Assembly: GCA_951406725.2 (NCBI GenBank)
Contig: OX597825.1
Coordinates: forward strand, 51,398,001 to 51,462,000
From: Octopus vulgaris
Lineage: Eukaryota
Direction: 5' to 3'
Length of the DNA stretch: 64,000 nucleotides
The notes beneath the pieces are model-generated. The model saw only the letters and a list, made by a program, of their open reading frames with translations. It had not been told where the DNA came from and did no database searches. Made by a program: the position numbers and the translations under genes. This document shows, piece by piece, positions 1-13,992 of the stretch. The first letter of the stretch is position 1, and the number at the start of each line of letters is the position of its first letter.

Positions 1-49
1 TATTTATAATTTATTCGTTAGATATACTAATTAGATATACTAATTAAAA

Positions 50-934
50 ATAGAAATGGACATATTTTACAAAACCACAGACGCAAAACAATATCCACTT
101 TTTGAGTTATTCCACCCAAGACACGCTAAAATAAACATCCCCTTCAACCTTGTAAGAAGGATATGTACAATAGTGTCAGAACAAAATACAAGAAGCTTTA
201 GACCGCAAGAACTCAGAAACACCCTAATTGACAGGCACTACCCAGTTCAACTCATAGAAGATTGAATCAGACGTGCAACACAAATGACATAGAAACCTTA
301 AGAAAAAAGTTCAACACAGCAACACACCTACCCCGAAAATATTGCCGTATATATCCACATACAACCCCAAAAACAAAGAAGCCTTCACTATCGTCACCCA
401 GAATTTACCAATGCTACATAAGGACCTCAAATTAAAGGAAATTTTAAACATACATAAAATCATTAAAAGCTACAAACAACAGAACTCACTAAAAAAGATC
501 CTCACAAAGTCAAACTTATTTTCTAAAATAACAGATGCAAAAGTAAAAAAAAATGTGGTAGACCAAATTGCGCAACATGCCCAAACCTTCTACAAGGATC
601 AGAATTCTTCTTCAAAGGACAAAAATTCAAAATCAAATCTAATTTTACTTGTGCTTCAGAAAATCTAAGTTATGTCATAAGATGCTCGGGCTGCCACCAA
701 AACTACATAGGGTCCACGGGATTATCGCTCAGATGCAGAAGCACTCTGCATCGACAACATATTGCATTCCCAGAATACAGAATGATACCCTTTAGTGAAC
801 ATATTGAGAAACTACTACCACATTTTATAATCTTTCCATTCTATCAATGTGCTATTGGAATACAAACACAAGTTAGATTAAACAAGGAAACCTTCTTCAT
901 TGAAAAATATCAGCCAAACTTTAACCATTTTTAA
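50..934 (+). pseudogene. Penelope-like element (PLE) ORF relic: RT C-terminus, Cys-rich linker and GIY-YIG endonuclease
   Basis: DIFYKTTDAKQY..FHPRHAKINIPFNLVRRICTIVS (PLE RT thumb), then PYISTYNPKN. After a frameshift near 550: KCGRPNCATC...FTCASENLSYVIRCSGCHQNYIGSTG.SLRCR..LHRQHI...RLNKETFFIEKYQPNFN*. Contains stops and frameshifts. Confidence 0.9.
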
Positions 935-1148
935 CATTTTAAATAAGGAAACTCATCTCATTGAAAATATATAAAGGAAAACCTAAACACTTGTAACATT
1001 CTATTCCTTCTAAACTAAATCCTATTTAATTAGTCATTCCCAACATGTTTGATTATCTCCCTTATACCTGGAAAACTTCTTGATTACCTTCTCTTGCCTT
1101 GAACTCCATATTTCAGAACATAGTGAAGGCATGACACGATCTAGGTAA

Positions 1149-1185
1149 AGAAATTTGAAAAGAAAATACGAAACCGGTTATTTCT
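1149..1185 (+). ncRNA. Minimal type-I hammerhead ribozyme motif (U3-A8 core variant) in the PLE 3' region
   Basis: AGAAAU-UUGAAAA-G(AAAAUA)C-GAAA-CCGG-UU-AUUUCU: 6-bp stem I, 1-bp stem II, palindromic ACCGGU stem III; about 215 nt downstream of the PLE stop codon. Confidence 0.65.
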
Positions 1186-2181
1186 CCAAAAACTATGATA
1201 CTATACGCAAAATTTTATAACATTTTTCTAACATAACGACTTAAATATATTCTTAAACCATATACCACAAGCCTTCTGTACTTTTTTCAGTCCTTTTTAT
1301 TTTATATATATATATATATACATATATATAAATATATATACATATATATATATATATGTATATATATATACACGGATATATATTATTCATGCGCACACAG
1401 ACACACACACATAATTATAGGTGCATATATGTGCGAACAGGAAACTATACAGAAGCACAAACGCGCACGCAGATACACTCAAACCATTCCATTGCTGAAG
1501 CACACTTTCTGTGTTTCCCTTGAGGTTATCTCACGTTTAATCGTAAATAACGCATTAATAATTGTTTAATTTGTGAAAAGAATTTCACTCTGAGATAAAC
1601 GTTAAAATTCATTGAAGGAAGCACTTGAAACCTGGAAACTGAAGTGATTACGTGTGAACAATGACGAAAGCTACGAGGATATCTTGTTATTTAAATGACG
1701 ATGTACAAGATAGTTGCCTAATGCATTAATCTTTGGACGCGAGAACATAAATCTGATGGGCATATAAATTATAGCTTATTCAACAGGATAAAGGATTTGT
1801 TTGCAACAGAAGGCTTTTCAAAAAAACGCAAATTCTGCGGTTCAATATCGCAGAATTAGCTGTCAACATCTAAATGCTAATTAGTCTTCTCAATATATTA
1901 TTTATATAAGTCTGCGTGTATGTATATAACGCTGAAACCCAGGATATGCCTTTGCGTTATATATATATATATGATCATTATTATCAAAGCCACAGAAACC
2001 ACATTACTTCCAAAAGGTAATCGTTATCCTATTCGAGTTTACATTTAACTTTTTTTTTACGTTATATAAATCAGCTTTATTCAGAATAGCTAAAAATTAC
2101 ATAAAAATTCAATAGTTTTAATATACATGACAAAAATAAGTAACAAGTTATATCTGGATATCTAAGATGGTTTTAATACCA

Positions 2182-2245
<64 letters not shown>

Positions 2246-2289
2246 ACATATATACACACACATATGTACATACATATGTTTGTATATAG

Positions 2290-2960
2290 TAATGCATACA
2301 TGGGTACAGGATGTCACAAAACGTAAACAACATGGAATACGAAAATAACGTTGGATTTGAAAAGAACGAAATAAACAAATGGAAAACAAGTAACATAACA
2401 AACGAGTCTTCATCAGTTGTCAGTTGTTCTTTTACACTTTATTTCGCGTAATGAACATCAAGGTAAGATTTAGAAGGCATTTGCCCCCGCGAACCAAATT
2501 AAAATCTGAGATTTGCGAGGAGTCAAATTTGGTAACAAAAACAGGACTTACAACACACCAAACCAAACGATTACAAAACGGGAGGGTCGTTAGGCTCAGA
2601 CTAGTTAAGGTAACAAACGCTGGAAGAAGATTCTTTGATAAGAGAAAAGATAGGAGAGGAGACCCATAGGAATGTGTGCAGATTGCACAACAGACTGAAG
2701 GAAAAGAAAGATGATCACGTGAGGAAAGGAAACATGGACGATGGTCACGTGTGAGCAACGAGAGAGAGAGTAAAAGAGGAAGAAAGAGAGAGAGAGAGAG
2801 AGACATACAGACGGACATACCGATAGAAAATGCTGAAGGGGAGAAAAACAATTAGAGAAAGGATGAGAAAGAAAACGAAAGGGAGAGAGAGGGAACATTA
2901 AAGGAAAGAGTTGCATCAAATATATTAAGATAAAACTTACTTGGAAATGGATGCGTGGCA
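2290..2960 (-). mobile_element. Unclassified ~650-bp non-autonomous repeat ending at (TA)n-like sequence (family A), followed by a partial second copy at ~3055-3200
   Basis: Reverse-complement similarity to 3566-4165: head ACGCATCCATTTCCAAGTAAG, CT-rich body, tail TGACRTCCTGTACCCAT before TA-rich repeat. Confidence 0.75.
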
Positions 2961-3258
2961 TTTAATAAAATAATAATATAAATAATATATATATATATGC
3001 ATATATAGACACACATATGTACATAATATATATATGTATGCATATAGATATGCATAAATGGGTACAGGACGTCACAAAACGTAAACAACATGAAATGTGA
3101 AAATAACATTGCGTGCGCAAAAGCGAGAGAAACAAATGTAAAACAAGACAGGCCACATAAAAAACGACCCGTCTTCGAGCATTAGAGTATATCAAAGATA
3201 GTAGGTAATAGTAAGACAAGCGTGTACATATGTGTATATACATATATGTATATATATG

Positions 3259-3290
<32 letters not shown>

Positions 3291-3291
3291 T

Positions 3292-3540
<249 letters not shown>

Positions 3541-3565
3541 TATATATTATTTATATTATTAGAGT

Positions 3566-4163
3566 GAACGTCACGCATTCATTTCCAAGTAAGTTTATCT
3601 TCATCTTTTTGATGCGACTCTACTCTGTACTGCTTTCTCTCCCATCTTTTTCTCCCCTTCACCATTTTCTATCTGTCTCTTTTTCTCCCCTTATTACTCT
3701 CTTTCTCTCTTTTGTTGCTGATACGTGACCATCATCCTCACGTGATCATCTTTCTTTTTTCAAGATTGTCCTAAGGACTGGACGTCTTCTATCTTTTCTC
3801 TTTTCAAAGAAACTATATCTCCAGCGTTCGCTATTTTACCCTTCTTCTGGTCTAATGGCCCTCCATGTTTATTTTCGTTCGATTTCCTTGTATGTCACCA
3901 CTCTCCTGTTTTTGTTCCCAACTTTGACCCTCCATAAATCCAAAATTTTGTTTTGGTACCTATGGGAGCAACTGTCTTCGTAGACTCCTAGTGTCATTCA
4001 ATGCACGAAATGAGGAGTAGAAAGACAGTCGACAACTGATGACGGGTCGTTCTTTATGTTACTTGTCCTGTTTTCCATTTGTTTCTCTCGTTGTTTGCGT
4101 ATTGAACTCATTTGTTTCCGTATTTCATGTTGTTTACTGTTAGTGATGTCCTGTACCCATATA

Positions 4164-4165
<2 letters not shown>
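3566..4165 (+). mobile_element. Family A repeat copy, inverted relative to 2290-2960
   Basis: Head CACGCATTCATTTCCAAGTAAG; tail TGATGTCCTGTACCCAT followed by (TA)n(TG)n. Confidence 0.75.
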
Positions 4166-4260
<95 letters not shown>

Positions 4261-4914
4261 ATATATAAATTAAAGAGAAAAAAGGGGAGAGAGAGAGACT
4301 AAGTGTGTGTATATAAATCAAATCATCTGGAAAAAATTGAATTAATCTCTCTCGGGTTCGATTATTAATATTTCTGAATGTTCAATGAAATATATCTGCA
4401 AATTTCATCATATTGAACAAACATCAACGTGGAACAGTGTGTGATACGAGTGATCCATTGAATAACAATTGCAGGTTATTAATTCACAACAATGTGAGTT
4501 TGCCTATTACACCACACAGTGGAATCGATCTCTGGATCTAGCAACTGCAAATCGAACGATTTAACGACTTGGCCATGCGTGCAACCGATATAAAGTTTAT
4601 CTGATATCAGTTATCTAGCGTGAATTTATATTATTGGATAGAATGGAATAGTTCTAGCTGACATTTCTAGCAAAACAAGTGACAAACTAGACGTTCTAGT
4701 GTTATTTCTATTTTACCCAATTGGATTCTTTCAGACTGTTTCAGTTATCTTAGACATGTAGAATATGAAAACAATAGGTGGATAGGTGGCATGGTAGAGT
4801 AATGTGCTTCTTGGGGGCGAAGTACTCTATAGCTTGTTGCCTCCTTATCTTTTCAAAAATACAAGCATAAAAAGAAATTAAATGTGTAAATGAACAGTCG
4901 AAGGGACAGATCGT

Positions 4915-4966
<52 letters not shown>

Positions 4967-5775
4967 TCATAAATACATATACACATACATGCATATACAT
5001 ATATATAAGAGAGAGAGAGAGAGAGAGAGAGAGATATGATATAAGCCATTGTGAAATAAAAATGAAAAGCTTTCGACGCCTCGTATCTCTTGGCTCATCG
5101 CTCTATTTCCTGTTTTCAATTTTTGCTTTCCTATTTTGTTAAGTTTGAATATCTTCAATATTTTGCCGCTTCAGTAAACAGTCTTCAGTCTTATTGTTGT
5201 TTCATAAAGGGCAGCAGAAAAGCAGCAGTAGTAGCTACTACAGTCTATCTTTATGTTTTCTTCAACAGAATGCCCACTAATAAAGCTTCACCTTTCCATA
5301 CGTAACATCAGTCTCTCGCAATAAACATAATACACGTTAATCTTTTTCTGTCCAGCTCACTATATCCTGTGGTATTATCTCTGTCAACTGACTTCTTTTA
5401 CTTTTGTTATCGTGTTATTCATATTGTTGTTTTGTAGTACTTCTATTTCCCCATTCTTTTTCCTTTCTTTTATTTCCAAATTTCTTCTCAATTGCAACAA
5501 TAACATTGTGTCAAGCGGGAGAATTTTGCAGACGAATTTATGCAAAATGTATAGTATCAATGCATTACTATCCTTCGTCATACGTGAACGTATGCAGGAA
5601 TAAATGTGTATTTGTACGTGTATATGAGTGTGTATAAACACACGCACGCACACATATACACACATATATACATGAATGCATATCGCTTTCTCCACAGATA
5701 TGCGCATGTTTGCGTGCGCGTGTGCTTATAAATTCGTATAAATATATATTATATATATATATATATGATATATAA

Positions 5776-5840
<65 letters not shown>

Positions 5841-5901
5841 TATATATATGTAATATAATATATATGTATACTTATATATATGTATACTTACATACATACT
5901 G

Positions 5902-5957
<56 letters not shown>

Positions 5958-8035
5958 CATCTCACTACTCGCACATACATATGGGTGGGAGAGAGAGAAA
6001 GAGAGAGAGAGAGAGTGAGATTCACACACAATCAACCGTAGACATCTTATCAATTAGATAATTATTTAATATATCATACCATTAAAGCGAACAAAAAGCT
6101 AACTCCCATATCTGATGTATTGATTCTAAACTTAATAATATTGAAATACATTTAATTCTTAAATACATTTAATACTGTAATATATTTAATCTCTCCCATC
6201 TTATCTCCACCCAACTCAACCTCTAGTTTCTGTTTTCGTCTTTATCTCTTATTATTGTTGCTAATAGGCTGAAGAATGGTAGAAATAACGAATACGAGAG
6301 TGATGTCCCCTTTTATTCTTCGTTCAAATCTCACCGAAGTTGAGTTGCTCTTCTATATTACCATGAAATTGTTTTACAAGTATAAATTAGTACTATTTTT
6401 AAAGGATTGTCCACTAAATAAAAAAAATTATTTAATAGTTATCAACACTGTATAAATATATGTGCAGGCGTGGGTGTATGTGCATGCGTGTACGTCTGTG
6501 TGTGCGCGCGCGTGTGCATAATGTACATATGTTGGCATGTATATATATTCTTTAGAGCCGTCTCAGCATCATACTTTTAGCGAGCAATTAATTACCTTGT
6601 GTGGAAAAGAAAACTACTGCTTGATCAACGTACTCGCGTCTTGGTGACTATACGGCGTACTCAATGATACGGAAACTAGCGAAAAGCTACTACTGTATGG
6701 CTTAAATGTAGTAAACTGTTTCCATATGCAACTGGATTTTAATGAATATACTTTCATGAAAATATTGTTTAAGTATTTTTATTCAATTTCTTCATTTACC
6801 TCATGAAAACCTAGAAGTTAAAATCAACATTATCAAAACGTTTATCTGAAAAAGTATTCAGAGAATCATGTCAGTTTTGTTTTCAAATTTTGAATGAACT
6901 TATTCCGTTTTTCGTTAGCTTTTTAAATCAGGTTTCTTTTCCAAACCCGAGGGAACTTTTACTGAAATGTATATTCTTGTAAATGCCCACCCCCACCAAA
7001 TATTTCTTCGTTCTCTTCCCTTTCGTGTATTTTAGACAGATCGTTTGGCAACAATGAGTGAAAATTTCAGAGAAAACATGTTCTATTAACATTTGCTATT
7101 TAAATAAAACATATTCCATCGTATTCTTTAGTCTCTCTGCCTTTTAGCTAATGAAAATTTCCTCCACCCGCGTGTTGCATAGATAAAAACTGAAACGGAA
7201 ATCTATACAAAAAAATTATATTTGTGTTAAACGGGAGGAAAAAAATTAAAACATGAAACAAAATGGAGGAGAAAGTCTTTGTACCTTTTGTGCAAATTGT
7301 TGCAAATGTTTGTAAATAATTTTCTTTATTTTTTCTTTACATCATTCAATATTTTATTTTAAAATTATTTGTTGAAATTGTATTATATATACGTTCGATG
7401 GTGTAGATCATGTTAAGCACTGCAACATACAGTTGCAAATTGTGTGAACCTGTTTCACAGAGCTTCCTGTTATACACGGAAATAAAGTTACAATGTGAAA
7501 GATGAAGCAGATAGGGAAGTTAAACAGAAAGGGAATGGGAATGGAGTGGGGTTGATGTTCTTAAAAAAATGTAAAAACAAGAACTGAAAGAAAAGTAGGG
7601 GAGAATAAGAACCTGTAAAACAGGGGGCATATTTTTGGAAAAATGAATAAACACAAGTTAGATAAAGGAGAAATTGGATATAAAAAATGATGACATGAGT
7701 GGAAAGATATTGAAATAGGTTTAGAAGACAAAAAATGTAGATATATACATGGAAGATATGTTATGAATCTACGAGCTTACATTTTTGATATGTTATAAAT
7801 TCAACCATCTGCCGAGGTTGACTTGGTATTTATTCTTATTGGGCTTATAACATTGAAAAAGAAATGGTAAATTGCTCTACATTTCACCTTGTGAAATTCT
7901 CATCCTGCTAAAATATATTTTTGATTTAGTTCTATCACAGCTAAATATCAACCAATTATACACTAGATTCAATATACAGAGGTAAATTCTATAAACATTG
8001 TAATTCTCCGAAATCGTTTGTCATTATTTTTACAG

Positions 8036-8113
8036 ATAATAGCAGCAGCACTGGCAGAAACAGAACTTTGTGTGCCACAGAAAAGATCCCCATACACGGC
8101 TATTAGTGTGATG
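8036..8113 (+). CDS. Candidate coding exon (78 nt, IIAAALAETELCVPQKRSPYTAISVM) of an unidentified multi-exon gene
   Basis: Acceptor tcattatttttacag; donor ATG|gtatta (weak); only frame 0 is open; apparently unique sequence. Confidence 0.4.
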
Positions 8114-8266
8114 GTATTAAAGTTACGAAGGTGGAAATGATCGCTTCATATAGTGAATATTCCTTTGCAAAGCTGTAAAATGCGTTTTTCTTTCTTTTTT
8201 TATTGGGGGGGGGGGGTCACACTCTGTTTATATAGTAAGTGTTACTTGTTCTGTCATTCATTACAG

Positions 8267-8278
8267 TACTTTGTTGTG
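8267..8278 (+). CDS. Candidate 12-nt micro-exon (YFVV)
   Basis: Acceptor ttgttctgtcattcattacag; donor GTG|gttagc; phase 0-0. Confidence 0.25.
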
Positions 8279-8520
8279 GTTAGCATTCGATTATCACTTT
8301 TAATGGTTATTATTTGATAGATAAACTCCCACAAATGCATGAATGCATCATGAGACACATCAAATATATAATATATAACACTTTACAAAAAGGAATCAAT
8401 GAATATTTATGTGTGTATATGCATATATATATATGTGTGTGTGTGTGTGTCTTTATGTGTGCATTTGTGTTTATATATGCTGTGTGTATACAATACACTT
8501 ATATACACATGCTATACATA

Positions 8521-8682
8521 TACGACGGGGTGCTGAAATATTCCTGACTCTGGTTAAAAGAAAATACAGTAGGATCACACATTTATTGCAGCGGATCTGT
8601 AAAAGACCTCCAAAGTTTTGAGCTTCCAGCCTGGCTTCTCGCGATACCCTTAAATCCAGGGACTTTTTAGCGCACCCTCTTA
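8521..8682. mobile_element. Mariner-type MITE (~160 bp)
   Basis: Imperfect TIRs TACGACGGGGTGCTGAAATATTCCTG and CAGGGACTTTTTAGCGCACCCTCTTA; TA at both ends. Confidence 0.7.
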
Positions 8683-8726
8683 CATATGCATATATGCGAG
8701 TATATATGCGTGTACATGCATGTATA

Positions 8727-8779
<53 letters not shown>

Positions 8780-9435
8780 TCACTTGCCCACATTTGCACC
8801 CACACATTTACATAGATTAACATGCATCTGTTGATATATCTGGTGATACAAATGTCTTCCATAATGAAGCCACTATTTTCCAATTATAGTTAGTCGTAGC
8901 GCTAAATTTTTATTTAATATTCAAATTGATGAAAATATAGAATTCTTACTAGTTTTCCAATCTCGCCTATTTAGAAAATTACAATTCATTTTCTTAGATG
9001 AAGTTGTAAGGCTATGTGTAGCCGCTATGACTATATGTTTAATATTGTTTCCTTAAATTATGTCCTTCGATTCCCTTGTGTCACATTCAAATATCATTAT
9101 GGCATCTGTGTCTCTGTTTTCAATTTGATTAGCAAGTTTGGAGAGTTTGTCAGGTGCAGTTAAACCCTTATATATCCATAGCTTAAAAACAGCTTCTTAA
9201 AATGATTTCTGGAAAATGAAGTCAGCAGTGAGAGGTGTCAACTGCCTTAAAAATCCAATCATTTACAAAATATGCAGTGTTAATTGATTCTGCATAAACA
9301 GTTGAAGAAATAATTTATCTCGAAATAAAATATTATATTGGGTGTATAGATTATTGTCTCGATAAGCAATACAATCCTACATCACACATTGACAAAGTCT
9401 CCTACAATACAAATATGCATTTAATATATTATCAT

Positions 9436-9825
9436 GCGGTATTTCGTCGGTCTTTACGTTCTGAGTTCAAATTCCACCGATGCCGACTTTGCCTTTCATC
9501 CTTACGGGGTCGATAAATTAAGTACCAGTAGCGTGCTGGGATTGATCTAACCGACTGACTCCCTCTCCCATAATTTCGGGCCTTGTGCCAAGAGAAGAAA
9601 AGAATATCTTATCATGCGGCCAACGTGCAGAATCGTTAGCATGGCAGACAAAACGCTTCGTAGCATTCCATCTTCACGTTCTTAGTTCAAATTCCGCTGA
9701 CGTCGACTTTGCCTTTCATCCTCTCTGGGTGATAAAATGAGTAGCAGCGGAGCACTGGGGTCGACATAATCGACTTACCGCAACCCTCGAAATTGCTAGC
9801 CTTGTGTCATAATTTGAAACCAATA
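9436..9825 (+). mobile_element. Two tandem tRNA-derived SINEs (family B)
   Basis: B-box-like GAGTTCAAATTCC and core GCCTTTCATCCT...GGGGTCGATAAATTAAGTACCAG (resembles the Meta-SINE domain, from recall). Confidence 0.85.
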
Positions 9826-10129
9826 TCTTATCATTTGAGAAAGAATAAACTTTCAATGTTGAATGTTTGTCACTTATAAGAGCATATTCCAATTTATAAT
9901 GGCTCAGGCAAAGGCGGAAGAAAAGTGCCCACAGTAATTATTTGGGAGCTCGAGATTGGTAATAGGGTGCTGCCCTCAGATCAATGATTTGGTTCGCAAA
10001 AGAATCGACTTTCCTGAAATGACATGTTGAGTTATAAGATAGTCAACCATCCATGTAAAGTAGTCCCGTCAGCAGCTTTTCTCAATTTTTTTTTCACTCA
10101 TATTCTCTTGATATTTTCCCATGAAGTGT

Positions 10130-10330
10130 AAGGCGGTGAGCTTCACAAAATCATTATTACGCCGCACAAAATGTTTAGCAGTATTTCTTCGATCTTTACT
10201 TTCTGAGTTCAAATCCCGCCGAGATCAACTTTGGATGTCATAAAATAATTACCACTTGAACTCCGAGATCAATGAAATCGACTTACACCTTCCTCCGAAT
10301 TTGATGATCTTGTACTAAAATTTCAGACTG
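10130..10330 (+). mobile_element. Decayed family B SINE
   Basis: GGCGGTGAGC...GAGTTCAAATCCCGCCGAG; TSD-like atattttccca/atattctccca flanks. Confidence 0.7.
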
Positions 10331-10847
10331 ATATTCTCCCAAAGAGTTAAGGAGTGGGATCGAACGCTAAAACTAGTCAATCATTCCGTTACCTAATGCG
10401 ATAACATATTACGACTATCAATTCTATTTCGCCAGTTTTTGAGTCAGGATCAATTACTAAGATTTTCATTTTCACATCACTTCATCACATTTATAATTCA
10501 GAATTATATTTTAGTTAGAATTATGGCTTCCACTACTGTTGTGCAGTTTTATGCAGCTTTAATAAACATATAAGCACATATAACTGCAAATATTAATATA
10601 TAAATTTAGGAAACTATAACTAACACGATTAAGGCTTGATGAATTTCCAAACATTTTATAGCTTCGTATATTTGCGGTGGGTGTCGATTTTGGCTCGACG
10701 GAATTGCTGGAGTAGCACTCGTAATATGTTTATATGTTTCAAATGTATTGAGACATCGAAATATATTTTCGTACAGTTTGTAGCGATGCCTATATGTGTG
10801 TTCTATAATGTATTTTGAATTCTCTAATGTATATATATAATATATCT

Positions 10848-11705
10848 ACGAGATATGATTAATAAGTATCCAGATGGTTGCTATAGTAACGAGGCTAAAG
10901 CACGTAAAGTGAAGCCGCTTGGCACATATTGACCTTGAATGCTGCTGTGCATGTGCGCTAAATTTAGAAACCCTAGCTCGTATCTGCTGTTTACAGCAGT
11001 GCTTGGAAGGAAAGTGTGTGACGTGTGATCGTTGTTTTGCACATGACAGAGAAAGTTTAGCAGAGAATCTATATCAAATTTTGCCAAAAGATTAGCGATA
11101 CCTGCTCAGAGTCCTACAAAAAGATTTCAATAAGTTTTCATAGTTCTCGATGCAATCAAGATCTTGTGCAATTGAAACCCGAGTGCCATTTTGCTCTGAT
11201 GAAAGCAGTTTTGGCACACACTTGGCAGACATGCGTGTCACACCCAAATCTTCAGTGATAATGGACTGAACTGAACCGTAACTAACCTGGACATCCTCTA
11301 GTAATCACGAATGGTGGTTCAATGATTTCCACTCGCAGCCGTACGCACATCTGCGTTTTTTTTTATCAGTTCTGCTGATTGCGTGTCTCTCAGAACCTTC
11401 GTCAATATCGAATTTTCGGGAAATCCTTATAACGTCCCAACTATTCATACACTTGTAGGCGGCTCATACACTCCTCTCCATTCACATTTAGCAACTTTGC
11501 GTCGGCCTCTGAGCAGGTATCGCCACTACAACTTCCTATGTGATGGACAATGCGACGATCACGCGCTACATACGTTCGTAAACAGCAGAAGTGAACTAAA
11601 ACGTTAAAACTTAGTGTTCAAGGTCAATCTGTGTCCAGCAACTTTACCCTGCGTGCTTTAGATTTGTTACTATGGTAACAGTCCGGAGAGTTGTTGATTA
11701 GAGCT

Positions 11706-11710
<5 letters not shown>
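10848..11710 (-). mobile_element. Mariner-derived fold-back non-autonomous element (two left ends), copy 1
   Basis: Terminal inverted arms (TAATAAGTATCCAGATGGTTGCTATAGTAACG and TGTTACTATGGTAACAGTCCGGAGAGTTGTTGATTAG); transposase N-terminal relics (SIKFCQKISDTCSE); homologous to 19452-20356. Confidence 0.8.
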
Positions 11711-11739
<29 letters not shown>

Positions 11740-12679
11740 GTCTTTAAGCGAGTGGTTCACTTGCTAGAAATGACATCCAATGTCTTTCCATACCCCACAC
11801 TTAAGACAATGGATAGCTACATTAGATAACGTAATCCTAGATTTTCTTAATGTCGTCTGTAGCAATAATTTTTTACTCACAAGTCGAACGGACGCAGTTA
11901 GAACCAGTTTGAAACTACCACGCTGACAACTATACCTCTTGTAAACATTACAGTAGCAAACTGATGGTCAACCAAATCTCTCTTAAATGACAACTTGCTC
12001 GTATTACAAATTACCACATTAACTAATGGAGTCCTGACAAGTTTGGAAGGTCTTATGCTTGATCAGATCGGAGAGAAAATAATCACTTTATGTCCGATCA
12101 ATTGTAGAATATATACCTTGGCTGTGGTGGAGGAGTCGGGAAATCATTGTTTTGTACTAAAACCGGAGAAATGAAATATATTAAACTATTGAGAAAGAAA
12201 ACTATACAATGGTCATTGCTCGCAATGGGAGATGACTTGACAGTATGTAGAAAAGTTTTGCTAACTTAGGATTTTATATAGTCGCGAGAAGATATAAACA
12301 TCCCCTCTGCTATCCCACACTTACTTCGGTGGAGATCTCGGGATGTGACAGTTGAAAGTAGATATTAGAAAGCATCTAGTATTGCAGGAATATGACGTAA
12401 GTGACCTTTGGCTGAGTGTAATTCCTATAAAAACGTCCTTTGAAAACATTGGTCTTCTGAATAAGTTTCCATGCATTTTCCCAAACGCGCAACAAAGTAA
12501 TTTTGTAATACTTAATTTCTCATCTTAGATCACTACCACCTATCACAACAAAGCCAGTCATACATTCACTTAAGTTTTATTTTCAACATAAAAGAATATT
12601 TATATATATGTCTTACGATTCAACAAAACCACCAACCAATATATTCACGTGCTAAATGCAAATTCTACTAGATTATGAC

Positions 12680-13020
12680 AACACAACACAAACACATACT
12701 CTGTGCAATCATTCTCAATATTACAATAAACTTACATAGCACATATGCGATAAAATTACTAACCAATACTATGATACAATTTACACGGTATATATTATAT
12801 ATAATCCTATAACACTTACACAGCACATCAGATGAACTACACATTCACCGGAAAAATCTATAATAAACTTGCAGAGTACATACTTTATATAATCATCTAG
12901 TACAATCTACTACGTATCCACGAGTAAATGACGTAATACAGCTTACACAGTGCATATTGTGCATATTATACACAATCATCACTAAACAGTATAAAACCAC
13001 TTGCTACACAGCTGCCGCTC
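12680..13020. repeat. Degenerate minisatellite with recurring ACTTACACAGYACAT-like motif
   Basis: About 6 imperfect occurrences at irregular 35-80 bp spacing. Confidence 0.5.
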
Positions 13021-13928
13021 ATTATTGTAACATTAACATGACACTAGACAAACTTCACACCAAAATAAGGTAAAACGTTGAATGCAAACGGTAAATTCTA
13101 TTAACCCATTCATCACCTCTAGACAAAATTATATTTCAGGTGGTGCTTAGATATGCTAGGGAAAGCAGCCAGCTCTTCCTTAATTCACACTATACCTTCT
13201 TAAAATTAAAGAAAGATATTTGGCAATATGGGGTTGCATAAATTGTTTCTAATAAATAGCGCACTTGCAGAAAAAATTCTTCACAATCATGCTTGGGGCT
13301 AAACACAAACGGCTATAACAACTTTACTCTCTTCATAAACACACATGTGCATCTAATTTTGAAGTCTGGGATGGACCCAAACACTAGCATGAGTTCACTT
13401 TCTTCACGGATGCACATGTGTACCTAATTGTGTGGGGAGACGCATATCAGTCTTTGTCATGTTAAAGGACGCGATATTTGTGATGGTGACGTTGGGTAAC
13501 ATCTAACCTGTTTGCATGAAGAAATTGGCCAACTTCAGTGTAACTCATTATATCGACCTTAGAAGTATGAAAGACATATTGATGCGGGAAAGATTTGAAC
13601 TCTTAAAAGAGGCTGACGAAACTCACAGTTGTAAGATGTGTATGTTTGTATGAAATGTGTCAGTGTGCGTGTTTGTGTGTATGTATGCATATCTGTGTTT
13701 ATCTATGAGTGTATATTTTAAAATTGGTAAATTCGTTCAAGAAATGAGGTTTTGTCCCTCGTTGATGTGGAATCATAGAGAAGCCCTCTGTTGGATTCCT
13801 ATTTCCTTATTTATGATTACATTCTATTGAGAAGCGGAAATTACAACGGTAAAAGTTGATTTATTTTCGGGAGTCGACCGATAATATAAAATAAAACTAC
13901 GATCAAATTGTCTCATTGACAATTGATT

Positions 13929-13992
<64 letters not shown>

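Noticed and set aside
5062-5105. Minus-strand GCGAUGAG...GUCGAAAGCUU hammerhead-like string
   Set aside because: Core positions 3-4 are wrong, stem II is out of register and there is no clear stem I.
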